Positions 51,651 through 63,879 of a stretch of DNA of 64,000 nucleotides are shown in pieces. Origin of the DNA: Octopus sinensis (lineage: Eukaryota). The DNA lies in NCBI RefSeq assembly GCF_006345805.1, contig NC_043014.1, positions 30,690,001-30,754,000 on the forward strand. The letters are read 5' to 3'. Every line of letters begins with the position of its first letter. Positions within the stretch are counted from its first letter, which is position 1. The notes beneath the pieces are model-generated. The model was not told where the DNA came from and did no database searches. It was given only the letters and a program-made list of their open reading frames with translations. The position numbers and the translations under genes are program-made.

Positions 51651-51778
51651 GCAGAACATTACTGAGTTGATCGACTCTGGAAGAGTTAATGGGATACTGG
51701 TCATAGATGCCAATGGTGCATCACAGCTACCACCTGAGGGATTTTCTGCAGATAAATCTTGTCCAAATGATGGCTATG
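51651..51778 (+). CDS. NCSTN: Nicastrin exon (QNITELIDSGRVNGILVIDANGASQLPPEGFSADKSCPNDGY)
   Basis: GFS....CPNDG motif. ctgcag acceptor and GTAAGA donor. Confidence 0.95.
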
Positions 51779-52189
51779 GTAAGAGCTATGTGTTTATTGC
51801 TTTCCTGTTCACGCTTACAATGAAGCAAGAAAGAAGGTCTGAGACCTGATATGAAAGATGTTCTGTCATTTTTGTCTTGTCTGTTTATGTGAGCAGGTTT
51901 CTAATTTGAAGTGTATTTCTATGCTTATCGTAGAAGCAGGTGCAACTGTGTGACAAGAATTTTGCTGCCCAACCACATAGTTCTGGGTTCAGTCTCACTG
52001 CTTGGTACCTTGGGTAAATGTCTTCTATTCATTCATCATTGATTTTAGTGATGAGAATAAAATCAGTGTCTGTCTTCCTCTTTCTCTAACTTATATGTAT
52101 ATATTTATGTATCCAGTCATCCATCCGGCCTTTCTTCCTCCCCCTCTCCCTCCCCTCCTTTCCCTGCTTGCTTGGATTGGATGGATTTA

Positions 52190-52460
52190 TTGAGGTAACT
52201 TTCATTACCTGATCCAATAACTTGATACCTCTGTAATTACTCGTATCTGTTGCATCACTTTTACCTTTGTAGCAGTTGACTATGAGTATGACTCCTTCAT
52301 GTATCACCTGATTGACTATACGGGTCAAGAGGGGACTTTGCACCATCCATAGATCTGATCAATAGCCCTCAACAGGTCCTGTAGAAACCTCCGGTTGTCT
52401 TCCACATCATGTGATACTATATATATCCCCCTCTATTTCGTCAAAAGCTTCGAGTAATAT
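52190..52460 (-). mobile_element. RTE internal fragment with internal deletion
   Basis: ORF track 52086..52346 (IVNQVIHEGVI...NCYKGK...NYRGIKLLDQVMKVT) joined to sequence matching ~3150-3300. Confidence 0.85.
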
Positions 52461-52477
52461 ACCTCTAAATCTCTGTC

Positions 52478-52508
<31 letters not shown>

Positions 52509-52512
52509 TAAA

Positions 52513-52548
<36 letters not shown>

Positions 52549-52601
52549 CTTATATAGGCATATATATATATATATATATATATATCTATGTATATATATA
52601 C

Positions 52602-52682
<81 letters not shown>

Positions 52683-52735
52683 CACATGTGAATATATATA
52701 TATATATACATATAATTGTATATATGCATATATTG
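52478..52735. repeat. Compound (TA)n/(TG)n microsatellite
   Basis: Seen directly. It produces the spurious YIYI/THTH ORFs. Confidence 0.97.
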
Positions 52736-53887
52736 GGTGCATTTAACCAAGTCCACTTAGCTGAAAGCAATTGGGCCAGTTCTGTAGTCAGGATAACTTC
52801 TACCAGCTTCTAAGGCCCTAAAAAGAGTGATAGCTACTCTCTTTCTTCTTGTTACTTAGATAATTTTTTTCTAATGTATATATGTATATGTGTGTGTGTG
52901 TGTTCATGAATAGATAAATGATTACTTGTAGAAAGTCTTTGAATTTCAGATGGGCGTAATAATTCTATAAACTGTTGAGAGAATGTGAAATAGTTCTTTT
53001 TTGAAATAGTATATCTCAAAGCACGTGCATAAAGCCATAAATAATTGCTTGTAAATTATGGGTTGCAAAAAATCTTTTGGTAGAAAAATATCGAATGCTG
53101 CTCATTGGACATGAACCCATATCTCTTGTAGAAAGATGTTCTGCCATTGGCAGGCTTTGACTTGTTCTGTCCAAAAGGGTTTTTCATCAGAACTCTGTTT
53201 TAAGCATGTCATATAATTCCTTATAATTTTTTTTTGTATTTTCAGAAAAGTTTTGGGTGTTTGTGTTCTATACATATTAATTCATACAACTATGCAAAAA
53301 ACAAAAACAAAATAAAACAAAAACTATGTGATTGAAGGGGTGTTTAGCTGTTATTTTTAGCATATTTCAGGATCACCTCATACCATCTGCATTTGTTTGT
53401 CACTGATGTATTGTTGTTTTTCAATATATTTCTCCCCATAAACACATTTACTGGGATTTAAGCAGAAAAATATTAAAAAATTAAAGAAAAAAAAATTTTT
53501 TTCTATAGTCATATGAATTCCCATGTATAGAACAAATTCACAACAATTTTCTGACACCCCACTCACCAAGTTATATGGGGTTACATGGGGTTATATAGCA
53601 TGCTTAAAGTAGAATTCCACCAGTTTTTCAACCCAATATTTACCTGCTATTTATAGATTTATGTGTGTGTTTTGAGATATACTATTCCAAAAAAACAACA
53701 AAAAAAAAGAATGTTTCAGGTTCTCTTGAATGTTTATAAAATTCTTATGATGCCAACAACTCGCAATTCTTGCTGGTGAGAATAACATTTCTAAAATGGT
53801 GAAGAAATTCAAAGGATTTCTTTGAATAATATTTTTATTTGAATTTTTTTCTCTTGCTTATCTCGTTTTTTTAAATAACTTCTGTAG

Positions 53888-54030
53888 GATTATACTGGAA
53901 CAACACCATGTACAAAAATTGCAGAAGTGTCCAGTGGAATCCTCCAGGAAGTGGTATGATGTTTCAGGACTTTAGCATTCCTATTTTTTTATTGGATAGT
54001 CCCAAAGAAGTTGAGTACATTATTGAAAAG
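53888..54030 (+). CDS. NCSTN: Nicastrin exon (GLYWNNTMYKNCRSVQWNPPGSGMMFQDFSIPIFLLDSPKEVEYIIEK)
   Basis: C...QWN..G.G....DF..PIFLL motif. Canonical splice sites. Confidence 0.95.
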
Positions 54031-54344
54031 GTAAGTAACATTTATTTGAGTCTGTATAGTTTTAAGTTATCAAACTGCTAATCAAAATAGCTGTACATTG
54101 ACTAATGTTTATTTATGGGTGCAGCCATGGCTGTGTGGGTTTGCTTCTCAACTATATGGTCTTGAGTTCACTTTCCCTGCACAGCACTTTGGGTAAGTGG
54201 GTCTTTTTCCTTTTTGTAAACCATAACTTCATGTTGACTAAAAGTTTTGTGAATGAAAATTGGCACATAGGATATGTATAGAAACCTGTCAGTAATACTG
54301 TTCCTATTCTTGACTGATCTGCCTCATACATTAAATATTTCTTT

Positions 54345-54570
54345 ATTACCCACAAGAGGCTAAACATAGAGGGGACAAACAAGGACAGACAAAGGTATTA
54401 AGTTGATTACATCGACCCCAGTGCGTAACTGGTACTTAATTTATCGACCCCCGAAAGGATGAAAGGCAAAGTCGACCTTGGCAGAATTTGAACTCAGAAC
54501 ATAATGGTAGACGAAATACGACTACGCATTTCGCCTCGCGTGCTAACATTTCTGCCAGCTCGCCGCCTTT
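54345..54570 (-). mobile_element. SINE family C. Other copies ~8570, 10290, 15070, 42040, 42290, 42720, 42990, 59740, 61320
   Basis: Shared ggcg.gctggcagaa..gttagc...gagttcaaatt...gtcgactttgcctttcatcctttc...gtaccagt core with a tRNA-like B box. Confidence 0.8.
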
Positions 54571-54897
54571 TACATTAAAGCCATTACCTGGCTTTCGGGT
54601 GTATTTAGCAGAATTGAGTTTGTTGCAAACATTTGGCCAAGTTTGCTTCCTTCCATCAGTTTCAGATGTTCTGGTATTCTCTTCTGGGAGAAAAACAAAC
54701 AGACAGACAGAAGCCTAATATGAGTCTTTTACCTTAACATGATTTTGGACTGCCAGGTTGCCATAGTACTGAGCAATGTGATTATGAGTTTGTACTCTCT
54801 CACCATTAGTGTGTTGTGCCTGTAGCTGAGTTTATTTTTCTCTAACTGGGTTGTTGTTGCTTTCAAACAAACATATCTTGTTGTTCTCTTTTTTTTT

Positions 54898-55117
54898 GTG
54901 ACGTATATTTGCCATTGAAATATGGCTAACCCCTAAGGGTAGATGCTACTGTAGTTTGTAGCCCCAGGAGGACATCTCCTCCAGCTGGCTATAGACACAC
55001 TTTCTGTGCCCTATCAGTATTTGCAAAGGGAATGAGGAGGTGTCCTCCTGGGGCTACAAACTACAGTAACATCCACCCTTTGGGGTTAGCCATATTTAAA
55101 TGGCAAATATACGTCAC
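54898..55117. mobile_element. Fold-back MITE with ~84-bp inverted arms
   Basis: 54898-54981 is near-perfectly complementary to 55034-55117. Confidence 0.88.
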
Positions 55118-55209
55118 GATGTGTTGTAGCTACTGTTTATAACTCGCTCTGAGATCTATTATTGCTTTTTTTTTTGTTTTTAATATATGCCTTTCTATTT
55201 CTAATTCAG

Positions 55210-55467
55210 TGTTATGAAAGATATAACAACCCTGAGAATAACACAGGATTGCAATACCCACTGTGTGCAGCTGAGCTGAAAGACTACATGAATGCTGCTA
55301 AAGATTCGATGACATGTATGCGACGTTCCAGCCACATGACATCTTTGACCACCAGCATGATGCATTACTGTGATCCACTCAGTAACAACAATGTTATTGG
55401 TTTTGTTAACCCAAAATCAGTTGATGACCAACTTGCTGAGAAGTCTGTTATTATTGCCGGATCCAGG
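55210..55467 (+). CDS. NCSTN: Nicastrin exon (CYERYNN...YPLCAAELKDYMNAAKDSMTCMRRS...CDPL...IIAGSR)
   Basis: PLCA, TCMRRS and CDPL motifs (ORF track 55162..55530). Donor AGG|GTAGCT is weak but phase-compatible. Confidence 0.93.
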
Positions 55468-56445
55468 GTAGCTGTTTTAGCTTTGTTGTTATATATTTGT
55501 TTATATTTTTGTGTCTTTTCCTTTTATTGATTCATTTATGTGTTGAATATGAGAAAGAAGAGTCCTCATAACCATTTTTAAAACTTTCTGAAGTTGTTAC
55601 ATATGATCAAAAGTGTTCTACTCATAACCATCCCATCATTTTTTGTATATCAGGAACCTGTCCAATGTGTGCTTCCTTTTTTTTTTCTAAGGTGCTAGGG
55701 TATGATTTAAGGAAGATTTGGCTACTACTTCTAGCAGATGAAGCAAGCATATAAAGGCTCCCTCATTGGTTCATTTCCTGATGCATGGGGAGAGCTGCTT
55801 GCATTTAAAATGACGGTTCTGTTAAACGACTACTTGAGTGATGTACAGCTCTCACTTGTACTGTATTATGTCCGTGGACAAGACACTTTTAACAAGCAAA
55901 TGCCTCTCCACCTCTAACTAGGTACTGCAAGGTAGGAACAGTTCATAGCTGTTCACAATGGCAGCACAGGTAAATTTGGTAAGATTTTTGTTAGCTTGCA
56001 GTACTAAGCTCAAAACCTGTTGCTCTGGATGTAACAACTTGGAAATGAATGCATTGGCGTGGGCTCTGCTAGGTTGTCGTGCCCTATTATAGCGACACTC
56101 CAGGAAATACAGGATAAAGGGGAGACGATTTGGTGAAGTGACCACAGCTAGTTTTCAATTTGGAATCATTGCAAATTTGTGACTGGTTAGAGAGAGAAAA
56201 CATGAAGGTAGTAATATGGGGATGAATCAAGTTTTATTATTTTTGGTAAGCAAAAGTTTAGAAAGAAAAAGCATGAAGGATGCAAATTTGTTAAAATTTA
56301 AATTAAAACGTATTCCTGATTTAGAGATGTTGTTAATTAATTGACTTGGCACTAACAGGGCTGCACTCCCACTTTGTGGTTAGTTATAGGTAGGTTATCC
56401 ATGCAGATGTAAAAGCAATTTTTTCACCACAACTTATGGTTAGAA

Positions 56446-56734
56446 CAGTGTTTCCCAACCTGTTTTGCCCCAGGCCCCACTATAGCTTTGCAGAAAAATG
56501 TATGCCCCACCGGTGAAATATCCACACTAGGGCACTAGAATAGTGCTATACTGTAGCTAATAGTCTTCACATAGTATGCTTGGCTGGAGGGATTGGTTTG
56601 GCTAGGCTGAGTATAGGTGTAGTATGTTTGCTGTGAAAAGAAAAAGATTTTCACAATTCCATGTTCTACTAAGAAAAAATTTTAGATCCCACACCCCACC
56701 ACAATTTACCTAGGCCCAATGTTGGGCATCACTG
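56446..56734. mobile_element. hAT-type MITE
   Basis: Termini CAGTGTTTCCCAAC / GTTGGGCATCACTG. 8-bp flanks GGTTAGAA / GGTTAGGA. Confidence 0.8.
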
Positions 56735-56961
56735 GGTTAGGAGAATGGACAAAAATAAAAGTATCTTTATTGGTATTTTGTTCCTTTTTTTTTAGTCTTC
56801 TGTCTCTTGGGATTCATGTTACTTATCTAATGACTTGCTTCTTGCTGGCTTATAGCTTCTTTTAACATGAACAGAGGTGTTCTTGTCAAGACAAGTGTTG
56901 TTTCATTTAATCTGCTTGTGTAGAAGTCTATTGTTAATTATGTGTATTATCTTCTCTCTAG

Positions 56962-57123
56962 ATGGATTACATGAATATGTTTGAGAATGTAAATAATAGT
57001 GCTGACAATCCAATCACCAGCATTGTGGCTCTTTTGTCTGCTGCTGAAGCCATTGGAAGATTTAAAGAAGACTTTATCAATTCACAAGAGAACAAGACCA
57101 TCCTGTTTGCATTTTTCCAAGGG
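56962..57123 (+). CDS. NCSTN: Nicastrin exon (MDYMNMFENVNNSADNPITSIVALLSAAEAIG...ILFAFFQG)
   Basis: AAEA and FFQG motifs (ORF track 56962..57282). ctag acceptor and GTAAGT donor. Confidence 0.95.
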
Positions 57124-57536
57124 GTAAGTGGTGACATGCAGTGTTTTATCCATTTTCAATTTTTTGTTGTTTCATCATCATCATCATCATTTAACATCTG
57201 TTTTCCATACTGGCATGGGTTGGCACGGGTGCTTTTTATGTGGCACCAGCACCCACAAGCTCACAAGGTTAGGATCACTTAGCTAAAGAAGGATGCTGGA
57301 GACATCCCTGTATGAAAAGACAACCATAATTTTACTTAACCTGATGTATCTTCTCAAGCACAGCGAATTGCCAGAAGTCTTGGTCTCTTGTCATCCTCTC
57401 TGTGAGGCCCACCATCTGAAGATCTTTTCTCACTACGTTTACATACCAGCCATTTGTAATCCTGGATTACAAATGGCTGGTATGTAATTGTATATTAGTA
57501 TTTTTGTATTTGTTTTTGTATAGTGTGTGTAAAAAA

Positions 57537-57618
57537 CATCCTGATGAGGGGAGTGTCAGTTTTGATAATATGAAATATATCATATTACTTGGCACGTGTC
57601 TGAAACAGCCCGTAGATG
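57537..57618 (+). ncRNA. Type-I hammerhead ribozyme motif (Penelope-type), sense in a nicastrin intron
   Basis: Stem I CAUC/GAUG; core CUGAUGA (57541-47); long stem II; GAA-AC (57602-06); loop AGCCC; GUA cleavage triplet (57612-14). Confidence 0.72.
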
Positions 57619-58567
57619 GAACTCTAAATTCTTAAATTTTGGTGTTATTTTTCGGAGGTTTTTTTTACTACGTCCTTTTAATGTTTCATCATCCCAAATT
57701 TTTAATTGTACCAATATTTTATAACTTTTAAAATGTAAATTCACTATGTTTTATGTATAACACTGACTTATGTCTTTTTATATATATTTTCATATCTTTA
57801 TATCTGGAATTGATACATCCATTTTGTAAATGTGGAAGAATATATGAATATATGTATCTATTTGATCTTCAAGTGTGGATCTTAATTATGTTCCTCTTGT
57901 TTCCGCTTGCATTGCTTCCATTCAAATTAAGAAGTAAAAAGCACTATCCGTTCGTGGCCGTTGCCAGCCTCACCTGGCCCCGTGCCGGTGGCACATAAAA
58001 AGCATCATCCGTCTGTGGCCGTTTGCCAGCTCCGTCTGGCACCTGTGCGGGTGGCACATAAAAAGCACCCACTACACTCACGGAGTGGTTGGCATTAGGA
58101 AGGGCATCCAGCCGTAGAAACACTGCCAGATCAGACTGGGCCTGATGCAGCCTTCTGGTTTCACAGACCCCAGTTGAATCGTCCAACCCATGCTAGCATG
58201 GAAAGCGGACGCTAAATGATGATGATGATGATGATGATATATATATTTGAAAAAAATGAATAGAAAAGGCTTTTCTGATAATTTTTTCACTTTAATGACT
58301 AGATGTTTATAAAATAATAAAACTTTTTGTGACTATTTTGAAGGGGATGATGTTAAAACTTAGGTAAATAAATTAATTTTTTTATTAAACATAACTAGTC
58401 TGAGAACTTTTTGATATCACTTTGTATAGAATAACTTTTTCCATTAATTATAAGTTTTTATATTAATTATAATTAATTATCCAACTTACCTACCCATGGG
58501 GAAAATGTGTGGATGAATTATTTTTGTTGCTTTTTAATTATTTAGATGATTCTTTTATTTTAATTAG

Positions 58568-58804
58568 GAAGCTTTTGACTATATTGGATCAAGCCGCATG
58601 GTCTATGATATGGAAGTAGGCAGTTTCCCAACGTCATTTCGCAAAACTGGTGGCTTAAGTTATTCTCGGGCTTTGCAAAAGATTGGTTTGAATCATCTGT
58701 CTCACTTTTTGGAAGTGAACCAGCTAGGCTACAGAGAAAATGAGGCAGAGAATGTCTGGCTACACACAGACCCAATGAGCTACAATTCAAATATTTCCAC
58801 TGAG
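58568..58804 (+). CDS. NCSTN: Nicastrin exon with DYIGS motif (EAFDYIGSSRMVYDME...WLHTDPMSYNSNISTE)
   Basis: Diagnostic E.FDYIGSSRMVYDME and W.HTDP motifs. Canonical splice sites. Confidence 0.97.
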
Positions 58805-58920
58805 GTAAGATAGCTTTTTTCTTTCTTTTTTCCTTCATATTGTAACTTAAGTCTTTGATCGATGAAATTATATTCTTGTTATTAATTTCTTAGACTGGAA
58901 TAAGACAACATATTTTAGGG

Positions 58921-59200
58921 CAGAGGCTCCCAAAATAGGTGGTACTGCACTCTCCTCGGAGCAGCAAAAAGAGGGTGGCACATTGAAAAATGTGGGGCAA
59001 TAATGGGGTGGCTGAAAGGGGGCAATGGGTGTAAAAACAACAAAGTAATGGATTAATTAAAGTTTTATTTGTGAAATATAGTTGTTTTGAATTTGCTTCA
59101 GAAAGTGGTCTATATTTGTGGTGAGGAGTGGCAGGGGGGTGCTAGGAATGTGGCTTAGGTGCTAAGGGGGTAGCAGAACAAAACAGTTTGGGAACCACTG
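58921..59200. mobile_element. hAT-type MITE
   Basis: Termini CAGAGGCTCCCAAA / TTTGGGAACCACTG. 8-bp flanks TTTTAGGG / TTTTAGAG. Confidence 0.78.
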
Positions 59201-60096
59201 TTTTAGAGGAGTATAGTTTATTTATATTGACCCATAATATAACTCATATTTATTTGACCCCAAAAGAAAAGACAGTCAACCCCTGCAGGATTTGGATTAA
59301 ACACACTGTAATATTTCATTCAGTATCTACAGATTTGGCCATCCACTACCCTTTTTCTTAATATTATCAAATCAAAATTTACCATTTATTCCCTGTTGGT
59401 CATAGAACATGACAGTTATGGGGTTATCTTTTTGTTTCCTATCTTTTAGCTTTGGTTGCACTGTTTCTTATTGGTTTTCAGGTACTCCTTTTCTACATAT
59501 ATCCTGGATTGCACCACATGCCTGTATCTCCTCCTCCTACCAGCCATGCTGCTATACTTGCCCCTCTTTTCCACACTAACTACTTTGCCTAAACCCTAGG
59601 GTATCAACTCTGTGGCATTCCCTTCCTACCCACATTTTCCCTCTTAGACTGACTAAAATATGTTCAAGTTGAACATCCCATTCTCTTTTCTAACTGAATG
59701 AAAAGAAACAAAAAAAATGTACATGCACTAGTATAGGTTTCAAATTTTAGCACAAGGCCAGCAATTTTGGGGAAGGGATAAATCAATTACATCGACCCAA
59801 GTGCTCAACTGGTACTTATTTTACGAACCTTGAAAGCAAAGTCAACCTTGGTAGAATTTGAACTCAGAACTAGAGGACAGATGAAATATTGTTAAGCATT
59901 TTGCCTAGCATGCTTACAATTTTGCCAGCTCACCACCTTTACATGCACTAGTATTAATGTACATTTACATACATCAAATTGCTATACCTTTGGATTTATA
60001 TGCTCTCAAATATCCACTGTATGATACTTTATTTGTATGTATGTAATGAAAATGCACTTACACATGTACACACTATAATCTCTGTTTCTATTTCAG

Positions 60097-60266
60097 ATTG
60101 ACGGTCTGGTGAAAAAGATAAAAAAAATTGGAGAACAGCTGAATGTTACCGTAATGGAACCAAATACTTCTCGTCCTTTGCCTCCGTCTTCTGCTCAACG
60201 CTTCCTGCGGGAAACTGCGCTACCAACTGTTATGCTCACTAACCACGAAAAAGAGTTCACAAATAT
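60097..60266 (+). CDS. NCSTN: Nicastrin exon (IDGLVKKIKKIGEQLNVTVMEPNTSRPLPPSSAQRFLRETALPTVMLTNHEKEFTN)
   Basis: PLPPSS.QRFLR motif. tttcag acceptor and GTAAGT donor. Confidence 0.96.
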
Positions 60267-63200
60267 GTAAGTCTTCCTTGAAAGATATACAAGTCTGTGC
60301 AATGTCACAATTTGTTTTATAGTCTTATGTCTTCATACCTTCTTTTGTTATTTTTCTGGTTTTGGTCTTTGGACTTCAGCCATGCTGGGGCATAGTTTTC
60401 AAGAGTCTTAAACAATTATATTAGCCTGAGTATTATTGATTTTAAAGGGACAGTGGATAAAGTCCAGCGGGACATCTTTAACAATTTTTTTTTTACCTCA
60501 CATTTGTTATTGTATTGAGTTGTATGAGGACAGTTGCAAAAAGAAGTGCTGACCACTTAAAATTGAGGGATGTTGCAGAAGTGAGAAACCCAAAAAGACA
60601 TGGAATGAAGTATTGAAGTCTTCACTACTTCACTGGCCACTAACAATAAAGGATTATGTCATCTCTTGACTGCCTTGAATTGAAACTAACATCAAACTGG
60701 ACAATCACACACACAAAAGTGGAAAGAGCTACAGAAATTTATTTCTGGGAGCCAGTTGAAGGACAACCTAGGCAACCTTAGCTTTCAGAAGATTTTTCAA
60801 GGTGGAGGTTTACACCAATCCACTAAGCAGCCATGCTCATGGTGCTCCACTACCCATTATCTGTTTCGATCATTAGACTGTGGCCATGCTGGAGCACCAC
60901 CTTGAAGAACTTTGTAGTTGAATGAATCAACCCCAAAAATACTTTTATTTTTAAAGGCTAGTACTTATTTGATCAGTTTTACTTTGCCAAGTCACCAAGT
61001 TACAAACCAACACCTGTTGTCAAACTGTAGTGGAGAGGACACACACACGAGATACTGTTTCTTTCAGTTTCTGTCAACCAAATCCACTCACAAGGCTTTG
61101 GTTAGTCCAAGGCTATAGTAGAGGAGACTTGCCCAAGATGCTACATAGTGGGACTGAACCTAGAACCATGTGGTTGGGAAACAAGCTTCTTACCACACAG
61201 CCATGCTTGTGCTTATGCCAGCAAAATAGGGACTGTCTATAACAAATACTCCAACAGCTGAATCACTTACACAGCACAGACACAGAAGTGCCCCAATAGG
61301 TGAAACCCCTATCAATACAAACATTCTGAGCTCAAATTCCACTGAGGCTAACTTTGCTTTTCATCCTTTCAGGGTCATTAAAAGTACCAGTTGAACACTG
61401 GTCAATGTGATCAACTTACCCCTCTCCCAAAACTGCTGGCCTTGTGCTAAAATTTGAAACCGTTGTTGTTGTTGTTGCTGACAGAATTGTTAACATACTG
61501 GACAAAATGCTTTGTAGCATTTCTTCCAGCTTTATGTACTGAGTTTAAATTCTGCCAGGGTTGACTTAGCCTTTTATCCTTTTGAGGTGGGGGTCAATGT
61601 AATCAACTATGCCTCTACCCACAAATTTTCAGGCCTTCTGTTTATAGTTGAAAGGATTATTTCTATGCTGGATCTGTCTAATCAGCCAATAACAGATACA
61701 TAATATCCAATGAACCATGATGAAGACCAAAATCACTGGTTTTCATCAATTACTGATAGACAAACATATATATGAATAAATGTTGAAAGTGTTATTCACT
61801 ATATACATCATCATCAACATTTAATATCCATTTTCCATGCTGGCATGGGTTGGATGGCTTTACAAGAACTGGTAAAGCCAGGGGCCACACCAGGTTCCAT
61901 AGTCTGTTTTGGCTTGGTTTCTACAACTTGATGCCTTTCCTAATGTCAACCATTCCACAGAGTGTACTGGGTGCTTTTTATGTGGCACCAGCACCAGTGC
62001 TTTCTGGATCACAATTCTGTTGTGATGGGTAGTTCTTCTTCAAGTACAACAATATGCCACATATCTCAGTCCTCAGTCATCTGCATAAGGTTCAGCATTT
62101 TGAGTAATGTAATGTATTAAGAGTGATTTGAGTCTACCCCTCCTGTCAAATTTGAAGCTTTGTGCTAATGTTAGAAATCAACATCATTATTTTTCAGTAA
62201 TCTTATTTGTGCTGCACGTTTTCATTGCACTACTGTGCTGTCATGGCTTTGGTTTAGTTTTTTTCTGTTTTATTGAAAATATTTGAAGTAATATGTGTAC
62301 AATACCTAGAGTAGTGCTATTTTCTGTTGTTTATATTTATGTCCTGGGAGTTTTAGTTATGTTCTGCATGTTTTTTTAATCAATTCAATGACACCTATTA
62401 TTATAGGGATTGTTTCTGTTGTCAAAATCCCTACTTTTTGGTTATCCCTATTTTTAGATGTATCTCTTTATCTTCTTACTTGTTTCAATCATTAGACTGC
62501 GACCATGTTGGGGCACTGCCTTGAAGAATTTTTAGTTGAATGAATTGACTCCAATACTTAATGCTTGTTAAGCTTGGTACTTATTCTATTGGTCCCTTTT
62601 GCCAAACCTCTAAGTGATGGAGATGTAAACACACCAAAACCAGTCGTTAAGTGGTAGTTGGGGAGAAACACACACACACACACACACATATATATGTATG
62701 ATGGGCTTCTTTCAGTTTCCATCTACCAGATCTGCCCACAAGGCTTTGGTCGGCCCGAGGCTATAGCAGAAGACACTTGCCAAAGGTGCCACACTCTAGG
62801 ATTGAACCCAGAGCCATGTGGTTGGGAAGCAAGCTTTTTACCTCATAGCCACACCTGTGCCTATTATTTATATTTGATTTATATCTTTGGGCGATACATT
62901 TTCATCTGTTGGAACTGCTGTTTTAATTCAGAGGCTTTTCTTTTCCTGTCCTTGATGACAATGCCTGATAGATTAGACTTGATCCTTCTATTTCTTTGGA
63001 TTGGTCACTTGATATTTTTCTGAGCTTTTTTCTAGTGTATGTTTATGTTACCACTCTTTCTTGTTGGTGCATCACAACTGGCATAATTTCCTGTGCCAGG
63101 TGATGAGAGGCTAAAATGTGATAAAGCAACAGAAACAGGTGTGTTGTTGTAGAGGAAATACATGCTTACCCAGTCAAAGAGAGAGAGTGAGTGAAGGATC

Positions 63201-63471
63201 AAGAATGGAAGAGAGAGTGGAAGAGAGCGAGAGGATGAGAGTGCAAAAGATGTGTTATACAAAGGGTGATGAGGATTGTCAGTATGTTCTTTCAATAATC
63301 AAACCATTCCACTTTTGCTAGTCTCCAAGCACCCTTTTTCACTCAACTTGAAAACATCAACAATTCACTTTTGCATCTTTGCTTTACCTGGAATATTAGA
63401 TGAAACAGAAGACTCAGTCTTCACCATCATAACATTTTTATTTTATTTTATTTTTTGTTTTCTATTTTCAG

Positions 63472-63661
63472 ATATTACAACAGTATGTTTGATCTTGGAG
63501 AACTAATTGGTGTGGATTATATTCCGGGTGGTGATGTAGAGAACCTTACACTTTCAAAACAAGTCCTCCTCTTGACTAACATATCTACAGTTTTGGCACA
63601 GACACTCTTTGAATTAGGTACTGGTCAAAAGGGATCTCATATAAAAGCAAACAGTTCTATA
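63472..63661 (+). CDS. NCSTN: Nicastrin exon (YYNSMFDLGELIGVDY...VLAQTLFELGTGQKGSHIKANSSI); gene continues beyond window
   Basis: YY.S..D and VLA..L.EL motifs. Canonical splice sites; phase-compatible. Confidence 0.93.
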
Positions 63662-63879
63662 GTAAGTTATTTGAAATATCACAATTTTTTGAAGTGGTTT
63701 TTTTCTTTTTTAAGTGGGTGGTAGGTACATAGACATTTTATGAGTGAGTAACCTGGGTTTATCAAAGTTTGGCTTGTCATGCAAGCAGGACTAAAGTGGA
63801 TTGATTGATTGACTTTTACTGATCAGGGACCTTTGGTTAATGAGTAAATGTACTCACATTGATCTCATTGTATCAGATC

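Noticed and set aside
52465-52813. ORFs rich in YIYI/THTH/CVCV
   Set aside because: Translations of (TA)n/(TG)n microsatellite.
55468-55530. Intron read-through gives a hydrophobic tail (VAVLALLLYICLYFCVFSFY*) that looks like a TM anchor for a short nicastrin isoform
   Set aside because: T-rich intron starts encode hydrophobic residues by chance; the same happens after CHK1 exon 11432. There is no transcript evidence.
62950-63420. Possible additional LINE remnant
   Set aside because: Too decayed to assign from sequence alone.
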